From the NCBI GenBank assembly GCA_963700045.1, contig CAVOWK010000032.1:113923-177922 (forward strand): a stretch of DNA of 64,000 bases. The letters are read 5' to 3'. The DNA comes from an uncultured Gammaproteobacteria bacterium. Its GTDB lineage: Bacteria > Pseudomonadota > Gammaproteobacteria > Steroidobacterales > Steroidobacteraceae. The notes below the pieces were generated by a model. It made no database searches. It saw nothing but the letters and a program-made list of their open reading frames with translations, and was not told where the DNA came from. Position 1 is the first letter of the stretch; every line of letters starts with the position of its first letter. Positions 1 through 9,742 of this stretch are shown one piece after another. Both the position numbers and the translations under genes were made by a program.

Positions 1-48
1 CCCGTCGCCCACCCGGCTAGTAGCCTCGGATCCCAGGCACGGCGGAAA

Positions 49-930
49 TCAGGCGATCGTCACGCCTGCAGACTTCATGGCGGCCAGCAACTCCGCTTCG
101 AGACGCTCGGACAAAGAAGTCAGTGGCAACCGAATGCCCCGGTCCATCAGCCCCAGCCGGGCCACGGCCCATTTGACGGGGATCGGGTTCGGTTCGACGA
201 ACATTGCCAGGTGCAGCGGCATCAACCGCTCGTTGAGCGCCGCCGCCTCCGCATGCCGGCCTTCGAGCGCTGCCATGCACATGTCGTGCATCGCACGCGG
301 AGCAACATTGGCCGTCACCGAAATCACACCACGGGCGCCCCGCTTCATCAGTTCGGCGGCCGTCGGATCGTCGCCGCTCAGCAGCAGGAAGCCAGGTCTG
401 GCGGCGCCGAGGATCGACTCGGCTCGCGACATGTCGCCTGTCGCCTCCTTGATGCCCACGATCCGCGAATGCCCGGACAGACGCACTACAGTCTCGGGCA
501 GCATGTCGCACACGGTGCGACCCGGCACGTTGTAGAGAATGACCGGTACTTTCACCGAATCGGCAATGGCAATGAAGTGCCGGTACAGGCCTTCCTGCGT
601 CGGTCGGTTGTAGTACGGTACGACCGTGAGCAGCCCATCGGCGCCCGCGGCGGCCAGCTCGCGCGACAGTTCGATGCTCTTCGCCGTGGAATTCGTGCCA
701 CTGCCCGCGATGACCGGCATGCGACCGGCGACACGCGCCTTGGCGCGCCGAACCAGTTCCGCAACCTCGGCCGGTTCGAGCGTCGGGGACTCTCCGGTCG
801 TGCCGGCGACGACGATCGCGTCCGTGCCTTCGGCGACGTGAAAATCCAGCAGGCGCTCCCAGGCCTGGAAATCGACCGCCCCGTCGGCGCGCATTGGCGT
901 CACGAGCGCAGGGATGCTGCCTTGGAACAT
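49..930 (-). CDS. dapA: 4-hydroxy-tetrahydrodipicolinate synthase
   Basis: 293-aa ORF starting MFQGSIPALVTPM, with GTTGES and full-length DHDPS-family similarity recognised by eye. Confidence 0.93.
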   Translation of the reverse strand: MFQGSIPALVTPMRADGAVDFQAWERLLDFHVAEGTDAIVVAGTTGESPTLEPAEVAELVRRAKARVAGRMPVIAGSGTNSTAKSIELSRELAAAGADGLLTVVPYYNRPTQEGLYRHFIAIADSVKVPVILYNVPGRTVCDMLPETVVRLSGHSRIVGIKEATGDMSRAESILGAARPGFLLLSGDDPTAAELMKRGARGVISVTANVAPRAMHDMCMAALEGRHAEAAALNERLMPLHLAMFVEPNPIPVKWAVARLGLMDRGIRLPLTSLSERLEAELLAAMKSAGVTIA

Positions 931-1046
931 TCTTCGGGGGCCTCAGCGGGAAGATTGCTCATGCTACGCAAGCGGAAAGCAGCGAAGCAAGGCAAAATCA
1001 CCGTACACGCGCCCGAGCGGCGCCGATACACTGAGTCCAGGCATCC

Positions 1047-1577
1047 ATGAAGCAACTGATCGCGATCTGCGCCATTGGCAACGACCGGACCGGGCTGGTC
1101 TATGACCTGACCCGCGTGGTCGTCGAATGTGGCGGCAACGTCCTCGAAAGCCGCATGACGGCGCTCGGCAACGAGTTCGCCATGCTGCTGCTCGTCGCGG
1201 GCAACTGGCACACGCTGGCCAAGCTCGAAGGCGAACTCACCAAGCTCGGTGAAGCCTCCGGCCTCACGATCACGGTTCGCCGCACCGAGCAGCGCCCTCC
1301 CCGGGTCGACATGATCAGCTACACGGTCGATGTCGTATGCCTCGACCAGCCGGGCGTATTGCACACCCTGTCCGGCTTTTTCTCGTCGCGCGGCATCGAC
1401 GTGGGTGACATCAGCACTCGCACGTACAACGCCGCGCACACGGGCGCCCCGATGTTCTCCGTGTACATGGTCATCCACGTGCCGACGCGAATCCACATCG
1501 CCGCGCTGCGCGAAGAGTTCATGGATCTCTGCGACAACATGAATCTCGACGCCATCCTCGAACCCCTGAAGTCCTGA
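1047..1577 (+). CDS. gcvR: ACT-domain protein, glycine cleavage system repressor GcvR-like
   Basis: 176-aa ORF with two ACT-like halves (GNDRTGLVYDLTRVV..., DQPGVLHTLSGFF). It sits between dapA and bcp, as gcvR does in E. coli. Confidence 0.7.
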   Translation: MKQLIAICAIGNDRTGLVYDLTRVVVECGGNVLESRMTALGNEFAMLLLVAGNWHTLAKLEGELTKLGEASGLTITVRRTEQRPPRVDMISYTVDVVCLDQPGVLHTLSGFFSSRGIDVGDISTRTYNAAHTGAPMFSVYMVIHVPTRIHIAALREEFMDLCDNMNLDAILEPLKS

Positions 1578-1589
1578 GCCCCGCAACCC

Positions 1590-2063
1590 ATGGCTGCAAA
1601 GACCGTCACGCTCGACCGCAAGGTGCCCGCCTTCTCCGCTGCCGCCAGCGGTGCCAAGAAATGGCAGCTGGCCGATGCGGCCGGCAAGAACCTCGTCGTG
1701 TACTTCTACCCGAAGGACAACACGTCGGGCTGCACCAAGGAAGGCGAAGCTTTCCGCGACCTGCATGCGAAGTTCCGCAAGGCCGGCACGGAGATCGTCG
1801 GCGTCTCGCCGGACAGCGTCGCTTCGCACGACAAATTCATCGCCAGGTACGGCTTCACGTTCCCGCTGCTCGCCGACGAAGACAAGGCCGTGTGCCAGCT
1901 CTTCGGCGTGTGGCAGGAAAAGAGCATGTACGGCAGGAAGTACATGGGCGTCGAACGCAGCACGTTCCTGATCGATGCCAAGGGAGTACTGCGCCGCGAG
2001 TGGCGCAAGGTCAAAGTGCCCGGTCATGCGGAAGAAGTGCTCGCCGCGGCGGCTGAGCTCTGA
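1590..2063 (+). CDS. bcp: thioredoxin-dependent peroxiredoxin Bcp
   Basis: 157 aa with FYPKDNTSGCTKE peroxidatic-Cys motif. Confidence 0.9.
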   Translation: MAAKTVTLDRKVPAFSAAASGAKKWQLADAAGKNLVVYFYPKDNTSGCTKEGEAFRDLHAKFRKAGTEIVGVSPDSVASHDKFIARYGFTFPLLADEDKAVCQLFGVWQEKSMYGRKYMGVERSTFLIDAKGVLRREWRKVKVPGHAEEVLAAAAEL

Positions 2064-2117
2064 CGCGCCGCTCGCGCACCGTAACCTTCCCGCCCCACCA
2101 CACCAGCGGAGCCCGAC

Positions 2118-3542
2118 TTGGCCAAGACCCGGAAGCAGATCGAACCGCGCAGGATCTACGTTCTCGACACCAACGTCATGATGCACGACCCCTCGGCCAT
2201 CTTCCGGTTCGAGGAGCACGACATCTTCATCCCCATGACCGTGCTCGAGGAACTCGACGCCGGCAAGAAGGGGCTTTCGGAAGCGGCCCGCAACGTACGC
2301 CAGGTCAGCCGTTTTCTCGACGAACTGATGGCGAATTCGAACAAGCTGCAGATCGATCACGGCATCGAACTGCCCTCGGCCAAGTTCACTCCAGGCGGCA
2401 AGAAGCCGCCAAGTGGCCGCCTCTATTTCCAGACCAGGCAGCTCAACGGCAACCTGCCAGCCACCCTGCCCGGCCACGGTGCCGACAACGCGATTCTCGC
2501 GCAGACGCTCGCGCTGCAGCAGGAACACCGCGATGCGCGCGTCACGCTGGTGTCGAAGGACATCAACCTGCGCATCAAGGCTGCCATCCTCGGCGTACGA
2601 GCCGAGGACTACTACAGCGACAAGACGATCGAGGACGCCGACCTCCTCTACACCGGCATCGAGAAGCTGCCCGGTAACTTCTGGGACAAGGCAGGCCGCA
2701 AGCTCGAGTCCTGGCACGAGGCCGGTGGCCGCACGTTCTACCGCGTGCGCAACAAGCTGGTTGCCAACTGGGCGCCCAATCAATTCGTCTACCAGAGCGA
2801 CGATCACGGCCTCGAAGGCATCGTGCGTTCGATCGAAGGCGAGTCGGCGGTCATTGAAGTGGCGCGCGACTACCGCAGCGAGCGCCACGGTGTCTGGGGC
2901 ATCAGCGCGCGCAACCGCGAGCAGAACTTCGCGCTCAACCTGCTGCTCGACCCTGAAATCGACTTCGTCACGATCCTCGGTCCCGCGGGCACGGGCAAGA
3001 CGCTGCTGACACTGGCCGCGGGCCTGTCGCAGGCGCTCGAGACCAATCGTTTCACCGAGATCATCATGACGCGCGTGACGATCCCGCTGGGCGAGGACAT
3101 CGGCTTCCTGCCAGGCACGGAAGAGGAAAAGATGGAGCCCTGGATGGGCGCGCTGATGGACAACCTCGAAGTCCTGACGCAGAGCCAGGAAGGCGGCAGC
3201 TGGGGTCGCGCCGCCACCAACGACCTGCTGCGCAACCGCATCAAGATCCGCTCGCTCAATTTCATGCGTGGCCGCACGTTCCTGAACCGCTACCTGATCC
3301 TGGACGAGGCGCAGAACCTGACGCCCAAGCAGATGAAGGCGCTGGTGACGAGGGCCGGCCCCGGCACCAAGCTCGTCTGCCTCGGCAATATCGCCCAGAT
3401 CGATTCCCCGTACCTTTCGGAGACCACCTGCGGCCTGACATACGTCGTGAACCGCTTCCGCGGCTGGCGCCACTACGGCCACATCACGCTGACCCGCGGC
3501 GAGCGCTCGCGCCTTGCCGATTTCGCTTCCGAGAGGCTGTAG
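2118..3542 (+). CDS. PIN-domain plus PhoH-like ATPase (YlaK-type)
   Basis: 474 aa, TTG start. N-terminal PIN (YVLDTNVMMHDP), then Walker A GPAGTGKT and LILDEAQN Walker B. Confidence 0.85.
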   Translation: MAKTRKQIEPRRIYVLDTNVMMHDPSAIFRFEEHDIFIPMTVLEELDAGKKGLSEAARNVRQVSRFLDELMANSNKLQIDHGIELPSAKFTPGGKKPPSGRLYFQTRQLNGNLPATLPGHGADNAILAQTLALQQEHRDARVTLVSKDINLRIKAAILGVRAEDYYSDKTIEDADLLYTGIEKLPGNFWDKAGRKLESWHEAGGRTFYRVRNKLVANWAPNQFVYQSDDHGLEGIVRSIEGESAVIEVARDYRSERHGVWGISARNREQNFALNLLLDPEIDFVTILGPAGTGKTLLTLAAGLSQALETNRFTEIIMTRVTIPLGEDIGFLPGTEEEKMEPWMGALMDNLEVLTQSQEGGSWGRAATNDLLRNRIKIRSLNFMRGRTFLNRYLILDEAQNLTPKQMKALVTRAGPGTKLVCLGNIAQIDSPYLSETTCGLTYVVNRFRGWRHYGHITLTRGERSRLADFASERL

Positions 3543-3588
3543 GACCTCCCCAGGAACCCTCGACGGGGCGGGCTGTCAGAGGAAGCAC

Positions 3589-5115
3589 ATGAAGTACACC
3601 TGCATCCTGCGCCGTCCCTGCCTGCCGGCGCTCGCCCTCCTGCTGGTCACACTGCCGGCGCTGGCACAGCCCCAGAAGTCCTCGCAGGACCAGCTCCCCG
3701 AAATGGGGACCGCGGCCCAGGCGGCGCTCAGCCTCGAGGACGAGAGCCAGATCGGCCGGATGGTCATGCGCAACCTGCGCGAGGCCGGCATGGTCCTCGA
3801 CGATCCGGAGGTTCATGAATACATCCAGTCCCTGGGGCTGCGGCTGTCGAGCCTCGCCCAGGATGGCAACCGCAACTTCAATTTCTTCGTCGTGCGCGAT
3901 CCGGCCATCAATGCGTTCGCCCTGCCCGGCGGGTACGTTGGCATTCACTCGGGTCTCATGCTCGAGACGCGCAATGAGAGCGAACTCGCCGGCGTGCTGG
4001 CGCACGAAGTGGCGCACGTCACGCAGCGGCACATTGCGCGTGGACTCGAGGCACAATCGCGCGCCAACATGATGACTACGGCCGCAATGCTGGCGGCGAT
4101 CCTGGTGGGCGCAGCCGGAGGCGGCAGTTCAGACGTGACGATGGGTGCGATTACCGCGGCCCAGAACATGGCCGCGCAGGCGGGCATCAATTTCACCCGC
4201 GAAAACGAATACGAGGCTGATCGCATCGGCATCGGCGTCCTGGCCTCCGCCGGGTTCGATCCGAACGCGATGCCGGCGTTCTTCGACACGATGTTCCGCC
4301 GCACCCAGCTCGGCCCGGACCGGGTGCCCGAGTTGCTGCGCACGCATCCGGTGACCAGCAACCGCATCGCGGAATCCAAGGACCGTGCCTTGCAGTACCC
4401 GCCGGTCAACGCGAAGGACAGCCTCAGCTACGCGCTGATGAAGGAACGCATCCGCGTGCTGCTCGTCTCGCGCAGTGGCGACCCTCGCGACTATTACCAG
4501 GCGCTCGGCGACAACGAAGCCGACCTGTCGCTCGCCCAGACGTACGGACGCGGCCTGTCGCAGCTGTACGGCAACGAAGCCGGAGAGGCGGTGGTCACGT
4601 TCCTGCGGTTGCGCCAGCAGCACCCGGAGGTGATGGCGTTCCACACTGCGCTCGGCCAGGCGCAGCTCGCCACGGGCAGGACCCAGGACGCACTGGAGAC
4701 GCTCGAACACGCGCGTGTGCTGGCCCCGCGCAACGTGCCCGTCACGGTCCGCTACGGCGAGGCGCTGATGCAGGCGGGTCGCGCCAGGCGCGCGCACGAA
4801 GTGCTGCTCGACCTGTTCAACAACGTGCCGCCGACGCAGGAGCAGATTCGGCTGACGGCAATGGCTGCCAACGCGGCAGGCGACGTGGCCGACGCTTACT
4901 CGTACATGGCGGAATACCACCTGATGGGTGGCGACCTGATGCTCGCCATCAACCAGCTCGAGCTTGCCCTGTCGGTGCCGAGCATCACCGACCAGCAGCG
5001 CGCCAAGTTCGTGGCGCGGCTCAAGGAAGTGCGTGAGTGGCTGCCCAAGGAACGCAACCGGTCGAAACAGCCGCCGGACGGCCAGGCGCCGGACGGCCAG
5101 CGCGCGCCGGGCTAG
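3589..5115 (+). CDS. bepA: periplasmic M48 metalloprotease with TPR region, BepA/YfgC-like
   Basis: Internal ATG at 3589 gives a signal peptide (MKYTCILRRPCLPALALLLVTLPALA). HEVAHV zinc motif and a TPR-like C-terminal half. Confidence 0.85.
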   Translation: MKYTCILRRPCLPALALLLVTLPALAQPQKSSQDQLPEMGTAAQAALSLEDESQIGRMVMRNLREAGMVLDDPEVHEYIQSLGLRLSSLAQDGNRNFNFFVVRDPAINAFALPGGYVGIHSGLMLETRNESELAGVLAHEVAHVTQRHIARGLEAQSRANMMTTAAMLAAILVGAAGGGSSDVTMGAITAAQNMAAQAGINFTRENEYEADRIGIGVLASAGFDPNAMPAFFDTMFRRTQLGPDRVPELLRTHPVTSNRIAESKDRALQYPPVNAKDSLSYALMKERIRVLLVSRSGDPRDYYQALGDNEADLSLAQTYGRGLSQLYGNEAGEAVVTFLRLRQQHPEVMAFHTALGQAQLATGRTQDALETLEHARVLAPRNVPVTVRYGEALMQAGRARRAHEVLLDLFNNVPPTQEQIRLTAMAANAAGDVADAYSYMAEYHLMGGDLMLAINQLELALSVPSITDQQRAKFVARLKEVREWLPKERNRSKQPPDGQAPDGQRAPG

Positions 5116-5203
5116 GAACGCAACGACGCGCCTCGAATCGGTAGAATGCCGCGCTTGCGGAACGACCTGGTGGTCGCTCTGCCGCCACCGCTACAGGGTT
5201 CCT

Positions 5204-6079
5204 ATGTTCCCCCGAACTTCTCGCAACGCGTCCCGGCCGCTGCTTTCCGGGTTTGCTGCCGGCATCTCGCTGCTGGCGGTCGCGGTCTTCCTCGGTGGCT
5301 GCGCGACGACCCAGGCGGATGGCACCCCGCGTCCACGGAATCCCGACCCGTTCGAGAGAGTCAACCGCGGTGTCTTCAAGTTCAACGACACCCTGGACCG
5401 CTACGCACTGCGGCCCGCGGCCGTGGTGTACCGGGACTACACGCCGAAAATCGTGCAGACGGGCGTCGGCAATTTCTTCGACAACCTGGGCAACCCGACG
5501 ACGATCGTCAACCAGTTCCTGCAGGGCAAGTTCAAGGAAGGCGCCCAGGACACTGCACGCTTCCTCCTGAACACCACGCTCGGCTGGGGCGGTGTGATCG
5601 ACGTGGCGTCGGGCGGAACCAACCTGCCAAAGCACAACGAGGATTCGGGCCAGACGCTTGGCTGGTGGGGCGTCCCGCCGGGTCCCTTCCTGATGCTGCC
5701 GTTCCTTGGTCCTGCAACGTTGCGCGATGCGCCGGCTCGCGTCGCCGACGATTTCTCGCAGCCGTTCCGCTGGTACAACGCGGGTTCGGAGCGCTGGATT
5801 TCACTGGGACTAAGCTTCCTGGACAGGCGCGTGCAATACCTGCCGCTCGACAAGACGCTGGCACAGATGTACGACCCCTATGTGTTCGTGCGCGACGCCT
5901 ACCTGCAGCGCCGGCTGTACCTGGTCTTCGACGGCAATCCGCCGCAAAGCAAGCTGCCCGGGGAAGACGAGGACTGGGCCGAGGAAGCGCTGAAGGAAAG
6001 CGAGGAGCCGGCGGTGGATGAAGACGACGCGACGAAGCCTCCAACCGACGAAGAAACCGGCCCAACGCCGAAGCAGTGA
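5204..6079 (+). CDS. mlaA: MlaA/VacJ family lipoprotein
   Basis: ATG at 5204 gives a lipobox (LGGC). Conserved DPFERVNRGVFKFND and PFLGPATLRD motifs, acidic C-terminal tail. Confidence 0.85.
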   Translation: MFPRTSRNASRPLLSGFAAGISLLAVAVFLGGCATTQADGTPRPRNPDPFERVNRGVFKFNDTLDRYALRPAAVVYRDYTPKIVQTGVGNFFDNLGNPTTIVNQFLQGKFKEGAQDTARFLLNTTLGWGGVIDVASGGTNLPKHNEDSGQTLGWWGVPPGPFLMLPFLGPATLRDAPARVADDFSQPFRWYNAGSERWISLGLSFLDRRVQYLPLDKTLAQMYDPYVFVRDAYLQRRLYLVFDGNPPQSKLPGEDEDWAEEALKESEEPAVDEDDATKPPTDEETGPTPKQ

Positions 6080-6084
6080 GTTCG

Positions 6085-6335
6085 CGCGCGCGAGTGCGGA
6101 GTCAATGCGCGTGAGTCGAGGCGGTTGCGGATCTTTCCGCCGCTCCGTGTCGAACGCCGCCGCTCGAGCGCTAAGAGCGAAGCGGCACTGCGGCCAAGTC
6201 GCTACTGCGCTGGCACCATCGCTTCGCTCTCGCTCGAGCAAGGGTCGCCGTGAATCGTGCGGTTCCGCCGCATGATTCACGAAGCGCGTGAGACCCCGGA
6301 GCGGCGGAAAGGATCCGGCGTCCGACTCGCGCACT
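6085..6335. repeat. nested inverted-repeat element between convergent mlaA and mlaB
   Basis: Arm pairs 6129-6147/6297-6316 (19 of 20 nt, one 1-nt indel) and 6162-6184/6220-6239, plus hairpin 6250-6280 (13-bp stem, 1 mismatch). Read directly from the sequence. Confidence 0.6.
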
Positions 6336-6357
6336 AAAGCGATCGAGCGCGAAGAAC

Positions 6358-6726
6358 TCAGTGCCCGTCAGTAAGCAGGCTTTCGAGGTCCGAGATCCGC
6401 GCGACCGCGAGGATCTGCGCCGGGATGCTTTCGTAGTGGATCAGCGTGCCGCGCGACTTCGCCGTCGCCAGCCATTCGACCAGCACGGCGAGACCAGCGC
6501 TGTCGGCCTCGGTCACGCGCGACAGGTCGATCGTGCACGTCGAACCCTTGGTGATCAGAGCCAGCCCCGCGGGTAATGCACGACCGGCGGTGACATAGCC
6601 GAGCACCCCGCTCGCCTCGAGCCGGCCGTCGGCCACGCGCTGAATGCTGAACTGATCCACTTCGTACGTGCTGACCGCCGCCGGCTCAGCGACCACCCTT
6701 GGTCGTCGGGGTCGTCCCCGGCGCAT
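6358..6726 (-). CDS. mlaB: STAS-domain protein MlaB
   Basis: STAS-like sequence (IDLSRVTEADSAGLAVLVEWL) at the last position of the mla operon. Start uncertain: ATG 6726 overlaps mlaC, GTG 6660 is an alternative. Confidence 0.65.
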   Translation of the reverse strand: MRRGRPRRPRVVAEPAAVSTYEVDQFSIQRVADGRLEASGVLGYVTAGRALPAGLALITKGSTCTIDLSRVTEADSAGLAVLVEWLATAKSRGTLIHYESIPAQILAVARISDLESLLTDGH

Positions 6727-7404
6727 CCGGCTTGCCGGCTGCGTTCTGCGCCTCGAGCCGCTCGATCACCGCGTCGATGCCCTTCTGGTCGATTTCGGCG
6801 CCGAAGTCGGTGCGGTAATTCTTCACGTACGAAATGCCTTCGATGGTGATATCCCACGCTTTCCAGCCCTGGGGAGTCGCATGCATCGTGTAGTTGACCG
6901 GCACCGGCGTGCCGTTGCTGCGCTTCACTTCCGAGCGGATCGTTGCCGCGCCCGTGACGAGAGGTCGCCCTTGAACGGCAGGAACTTCAGGCGGTCCTCC
7001 GTGAACTCGGCCACCGCGTCACCGTAATTACGCATCAGCGACTGGTAGAAAGCGTCGATGAAACGCTTCTTCTGCGCCTCGGTCGCCGTGCGCCAATGCT
7101 TGCCCAGCACCAGGCGCGCCGCGTAGTCGACGTCGAAGTGCGGCAGCAGGTACTTATCGGCCAGCCCGCGCAGCCTGGTCGGATCCTTGGTGATCGCAGC
7201 CCGGTTCGCGTCGAGCTCGTGCAACAGGTCCTGCGAGATCTTCTGCATCATCTCCTGCGGACCGGGCCCGGGCACCGCGACGGCCGGCTTGGCGGCAGGC
7301 GCGGTCTGTGCCGGCAGCGCCAGCGGCGCGAGTCCAACCAGCGCGACGAGGATCAACTTCGACCAGGCGGCGTTGCCGCGCATCGCTGTCATGTCCGGAA
7401 TCAC
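6686..7404 (-). pseudogene. mlaC: MlaC (Ttg2D) periplasmic lipid-binding protein, apparent 1-nt frameshift near 6955-6965
   Basis: The N-terminal ORF 6925-7404 and C-terminal ORF 6686-6928 are two parts of one MlaC. Shifting the frame restores ...FKG-PLVTGAATIRSEVKRSNGTPVPVNY. Confidence 0.8.
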
Positions 7405-7907
7405 TCCTGTGCGGCGGGGGCCGGCGCGGGCGTCGACTCACCCGGCTTCGTGGCCGCCGAATTGAAGAGGTACTTGCTGATCAGGTGTTCGAGCACGATG
7501 GCATCGTTCGCCATGATGACTTGCTCGCCGTCCTTGTAAGGCACGTCCGAGCCGCCGGGCGTCAAGCCGATGTACTGACCGCCGAGCAAGCCGGCGGTGT
7601 AGATGCTGGCGTCGCTGTCGTTCGGGATGGCGCGGTACTTGTCGCTGATCCGCATCGTCACGATGGCCTTGTACAGGTTGATATCGTACTGGATGTCTTC
7701 GACCCGGCCGATCGTCACGCCAGCCATCGAGACCGGCGCGCCCGTCTTCAGGCCACCGATGTTCTCGAACGAGGCCATGAGCCGGTACGAGTCGCTCTTC
7801 AGCGAATAGCCGCGGTTCGTGATCTGCGTGACCATGAACAGGATCGCCGCGAAGCCGAGCAACACGAACAGCCCGGTGGAAATGTCGATCGTGCGCGTTG
7901 AACGCAT
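7401..7907 (-). CDS. mlaD: MlaD MCE-domain protein
   Basis: 168 aa with an N-terminal TM helix and an MCE domain (GLKTGAPVSMAGVTIGRVEDI). Confidence 0.9.
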   Translation of the reverse strand: MRSTRTIDISTGLFVLLGFAAILFMVTQITNRGYSLKSDSYRLMASFENIGGLKTGAPVSMAGVTIGRVEDIQYDINLYKAIVTMRISDKYRAIPNDSDASIYTAGLLGGQYIGLTPGGSDVPYKDGEQVIMANDAIVLEHLISKYLFNSAATKPGESTPAPAPAAQE

Positions 7908-7915
7908 GGTTCGTC

Positions 7916-8686
7916 CTACAGCATTAAAGCCGTGAGTATGTAATCGAGGATGAGCGTGACGACGGCGGAGATGACCACCGTTCGTGTCGTCGCACGCCCG
8001 ACGCCTTCGGCCGTGGGCACCGCATTGTAACCTTCGTAGACCGCGATCAGGCTGCAGGCCACGCCGAACACCAGGCCCTTGACCAGGCCTTCGCGGATGT
8101 CGCTGAGTTCCACGGCACTGCGCATCTGCGACCAGTAGCTGCCGGAGTCGACGCCGAAGAACTCCACGCCGACCAGCTGCGCGCCGAACAGGGCGACCAC
8201 GATGAAGATCGAGACCAGCAGCGGCATCGCGATGACACCGCCCAGGAAGCGCGGCAGGACGACGCGACGCATCGGATCGACGGCCATGATCTCCATCGCG
8301 GCGATCTGGTCGGTGGCGCGCATCAGGCCCAGTTCGGCCGCGAGCGCCGTGCCTGCCCGGCCAGCGAACAGGAGAGCCGTGACGACGGGGCCGAGTTCCC
8401 GCAGCAGGCTGATCGCGGTCGCGGTGCCGAGGTATTCCTCGGAGCCAAAGCGCGTCAGCAGGTCGTAGCCCTGCAGTCCAAGCACCATGCCGATGAAGAG
8501 GCCGCAGGTCATGATGATGACCAGCGACATCGCACCCGTGTTGTACACCTGCTCGATGATCGGCCGGGGGCGCAGCATGCCGGTCGGCAGGATCGCGGCC
8601 AGGCGGAGCGCGAAACGCACGAGCAGACCGACGCGCTCGAGGAACGTGAGGAAGCTCTGCACGAACTCGCGCAGGATCGTGATCAT
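7916..8686 (-). CDS. mlaE: MlaE ABC permease
   Basis: Internal ATG at 8686 overlaps the mlaF stop (ATGA) and gives a 256-aa polytopic permease. The upstream part of the 470-aa track ORF is an out-of-frame overlap of mlaF. Confidence 0.9.
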   Translation of the reverse strand: MITILREFVQSFLTFLERVGLLVRFALRLAAILPTGMLRPRPIIEQVYNTGAMSLVIIMTCGLFIGMVLGLQGYDLLTRFGSEEYLGTATAISLLRELGPVVTALLFAGRAGTALAAELGLMRATDQIAAMEIMAVDPMRRVVLPRFLGGVIAMPLLVSIFIVVALFGAQLVGVEFFGVDSGSYWSQMRSAVELSDIREGLVKGLVFGVACSLIAVYEGYNAVPTAEGVGRATTRTVVISAVVTLILDYILTALML

Positions 8687-9627
8687 GCGAACACCGTTCC
8701 GCCCAGCAACTGCTCGTGATAATCGGCCGCCGGGTAATGAAACGGCACGGGCCCGTCCGCCAGGCCGTCGACGAACTGGTGCACGATCGGCGAAGGGTGG
8801 TCGCGCAACTCGGCCGTCGTGCCGCTTGCCACGACCTTGCCTTCCGAAAGAATGAAGCTCGAGTCGGCGATCTGCGAGATTTCGCGCACGTCGTGCGTCA
8901 CCACGATGCTGGTGATGCCGAGCGCGTCGTTGAGCGAGCGAATGAGCCGCAGCACCACGCCCATCGAAATGGGATCGAGTCCGGCGAAAGGCTCGTCGTA
9001 AATGAGGATCTCGGGATCCATGACGATGGCACGCGCGAGGGCGACGCGTCGCCCCATGCCGCCGGAGAGCTGTTGCGGGTAGAGCGCGGCGGCGCCACGC
9101 AGGCCGACGGCGTGCAGTTTCGTCAGCACGATGGTGCGGATCAGGCGCTCGGGCAGCCGGGTGTGTTCGCGCAGCGGGAATGCGACGTTCTCGAACACGT
9201 CGAGGTCCGTCAGCAACGCCCCGTTCTGGAACAGCATCCCCATGCGCCGACGCAGGGCAAAAATCTGCTTGCGCTTGAGCCTGGCCACGTCGAGTCCGTC
9301 CACGACCACCTGGCCGCGGTCGGCGCACACCTGCCCGGTAATGAGCTTCAACAGGGTGGTCTTGCCCGTGCCGCTCGGCCCCATGATGGCCGTGACGGCG
9401 CCGCGGCGGATCTCGATGTCGAGCCCACTGAACACGGTCTTGCCCGAATCCACGGCAAAATGGACATCGCGCAGGACGGCAATCGACGGCGATTGGACCG
9501 CCGGAGCGGAGGCTGCGGCAGGTCCGGACTGTTTATTCACGAGTTGATCGTTTGGTCGCTTGTTGGCAACGGACCGCGCCGGTCCGCTCGAGTTCCCTGG
9601 TCGCGAACCGTCGGTGAAGGTCGCCAC
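8683..9627 (-). CDS. mlaF: MlaF ABC ATP-binding protein
   Basis: Walker A GPSGTGKT, LSGGM signature and YDEPFAGLD Walker B. About 45 aa of N-terminal extension; the only in-frame ATG is at 9627. Confidence 0.88.
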   Translation of the reverse strand: MATFTDGSRPGNSSGPARSVANKRPNDQLVNKQSGPAAASAPAVQSPSIAVLRDVHFAVDSGKTVFSGLDIEIRRGAVTAIMGPSGTGKTTLLKLITGQVCADRGQVVVDGLDVARLKRKQIFALRRRMGMLFQNGALLTDLDVFENVAFPLREHTRLPERLIRTIVLTKLHAVGLRGAAALYPQQLSGGMGRRVALARAIVMDPEILIYDEPFAGLDPISMGVVLRLIRSLNDALGITSIVVTHDVREISQIADSSFILSEGKVVASGTTAELRDHPSPIVHQFVDGLADGPVPFHYPAADYHEQLLGGTVFA

Positions 9628-9742
9628 GGCCCGCGAGAGCGCGCGAGTCTAGCAGATTGTCGGGTTTTCCCCGCCCCGGCCTGCGCCGGGGTTGGCGCGG
9701 GGACCGTATAGGACTAAAATCGTCCCAATTGGAAAACCCGCC

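Noticed and set aside
900-3482. 860-aa ORF on the minus strand spanning gcvR, bcp and the phoH-like gene
   Set aside because: It is antisense to three well-supported genes, and its Ala/Arg/Gly-rich low-complexity translation is typical of high-GC shadow frames. The same applies to 10228-11832, 12853-14967, 19017-20726, 24501-27095, 37079-39424, 48339-50366 and 53781-55052.
2118-3542. PIN-PhoH protein as a toxin-antitoxin or defence module
   Set aside because: It is a single fused YlaK-type gene in a housekeeping context (bcp, bepA), with no partner antitoxin ORF.
7916-9328. 470-aa track ORF suggesting a large MlaE fusion
   Set aside because: Only the last 256 codons (from ATG 8686) resemble MlaE. 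The Arg-rich upstream part is an out-of-frame read through mlaF.
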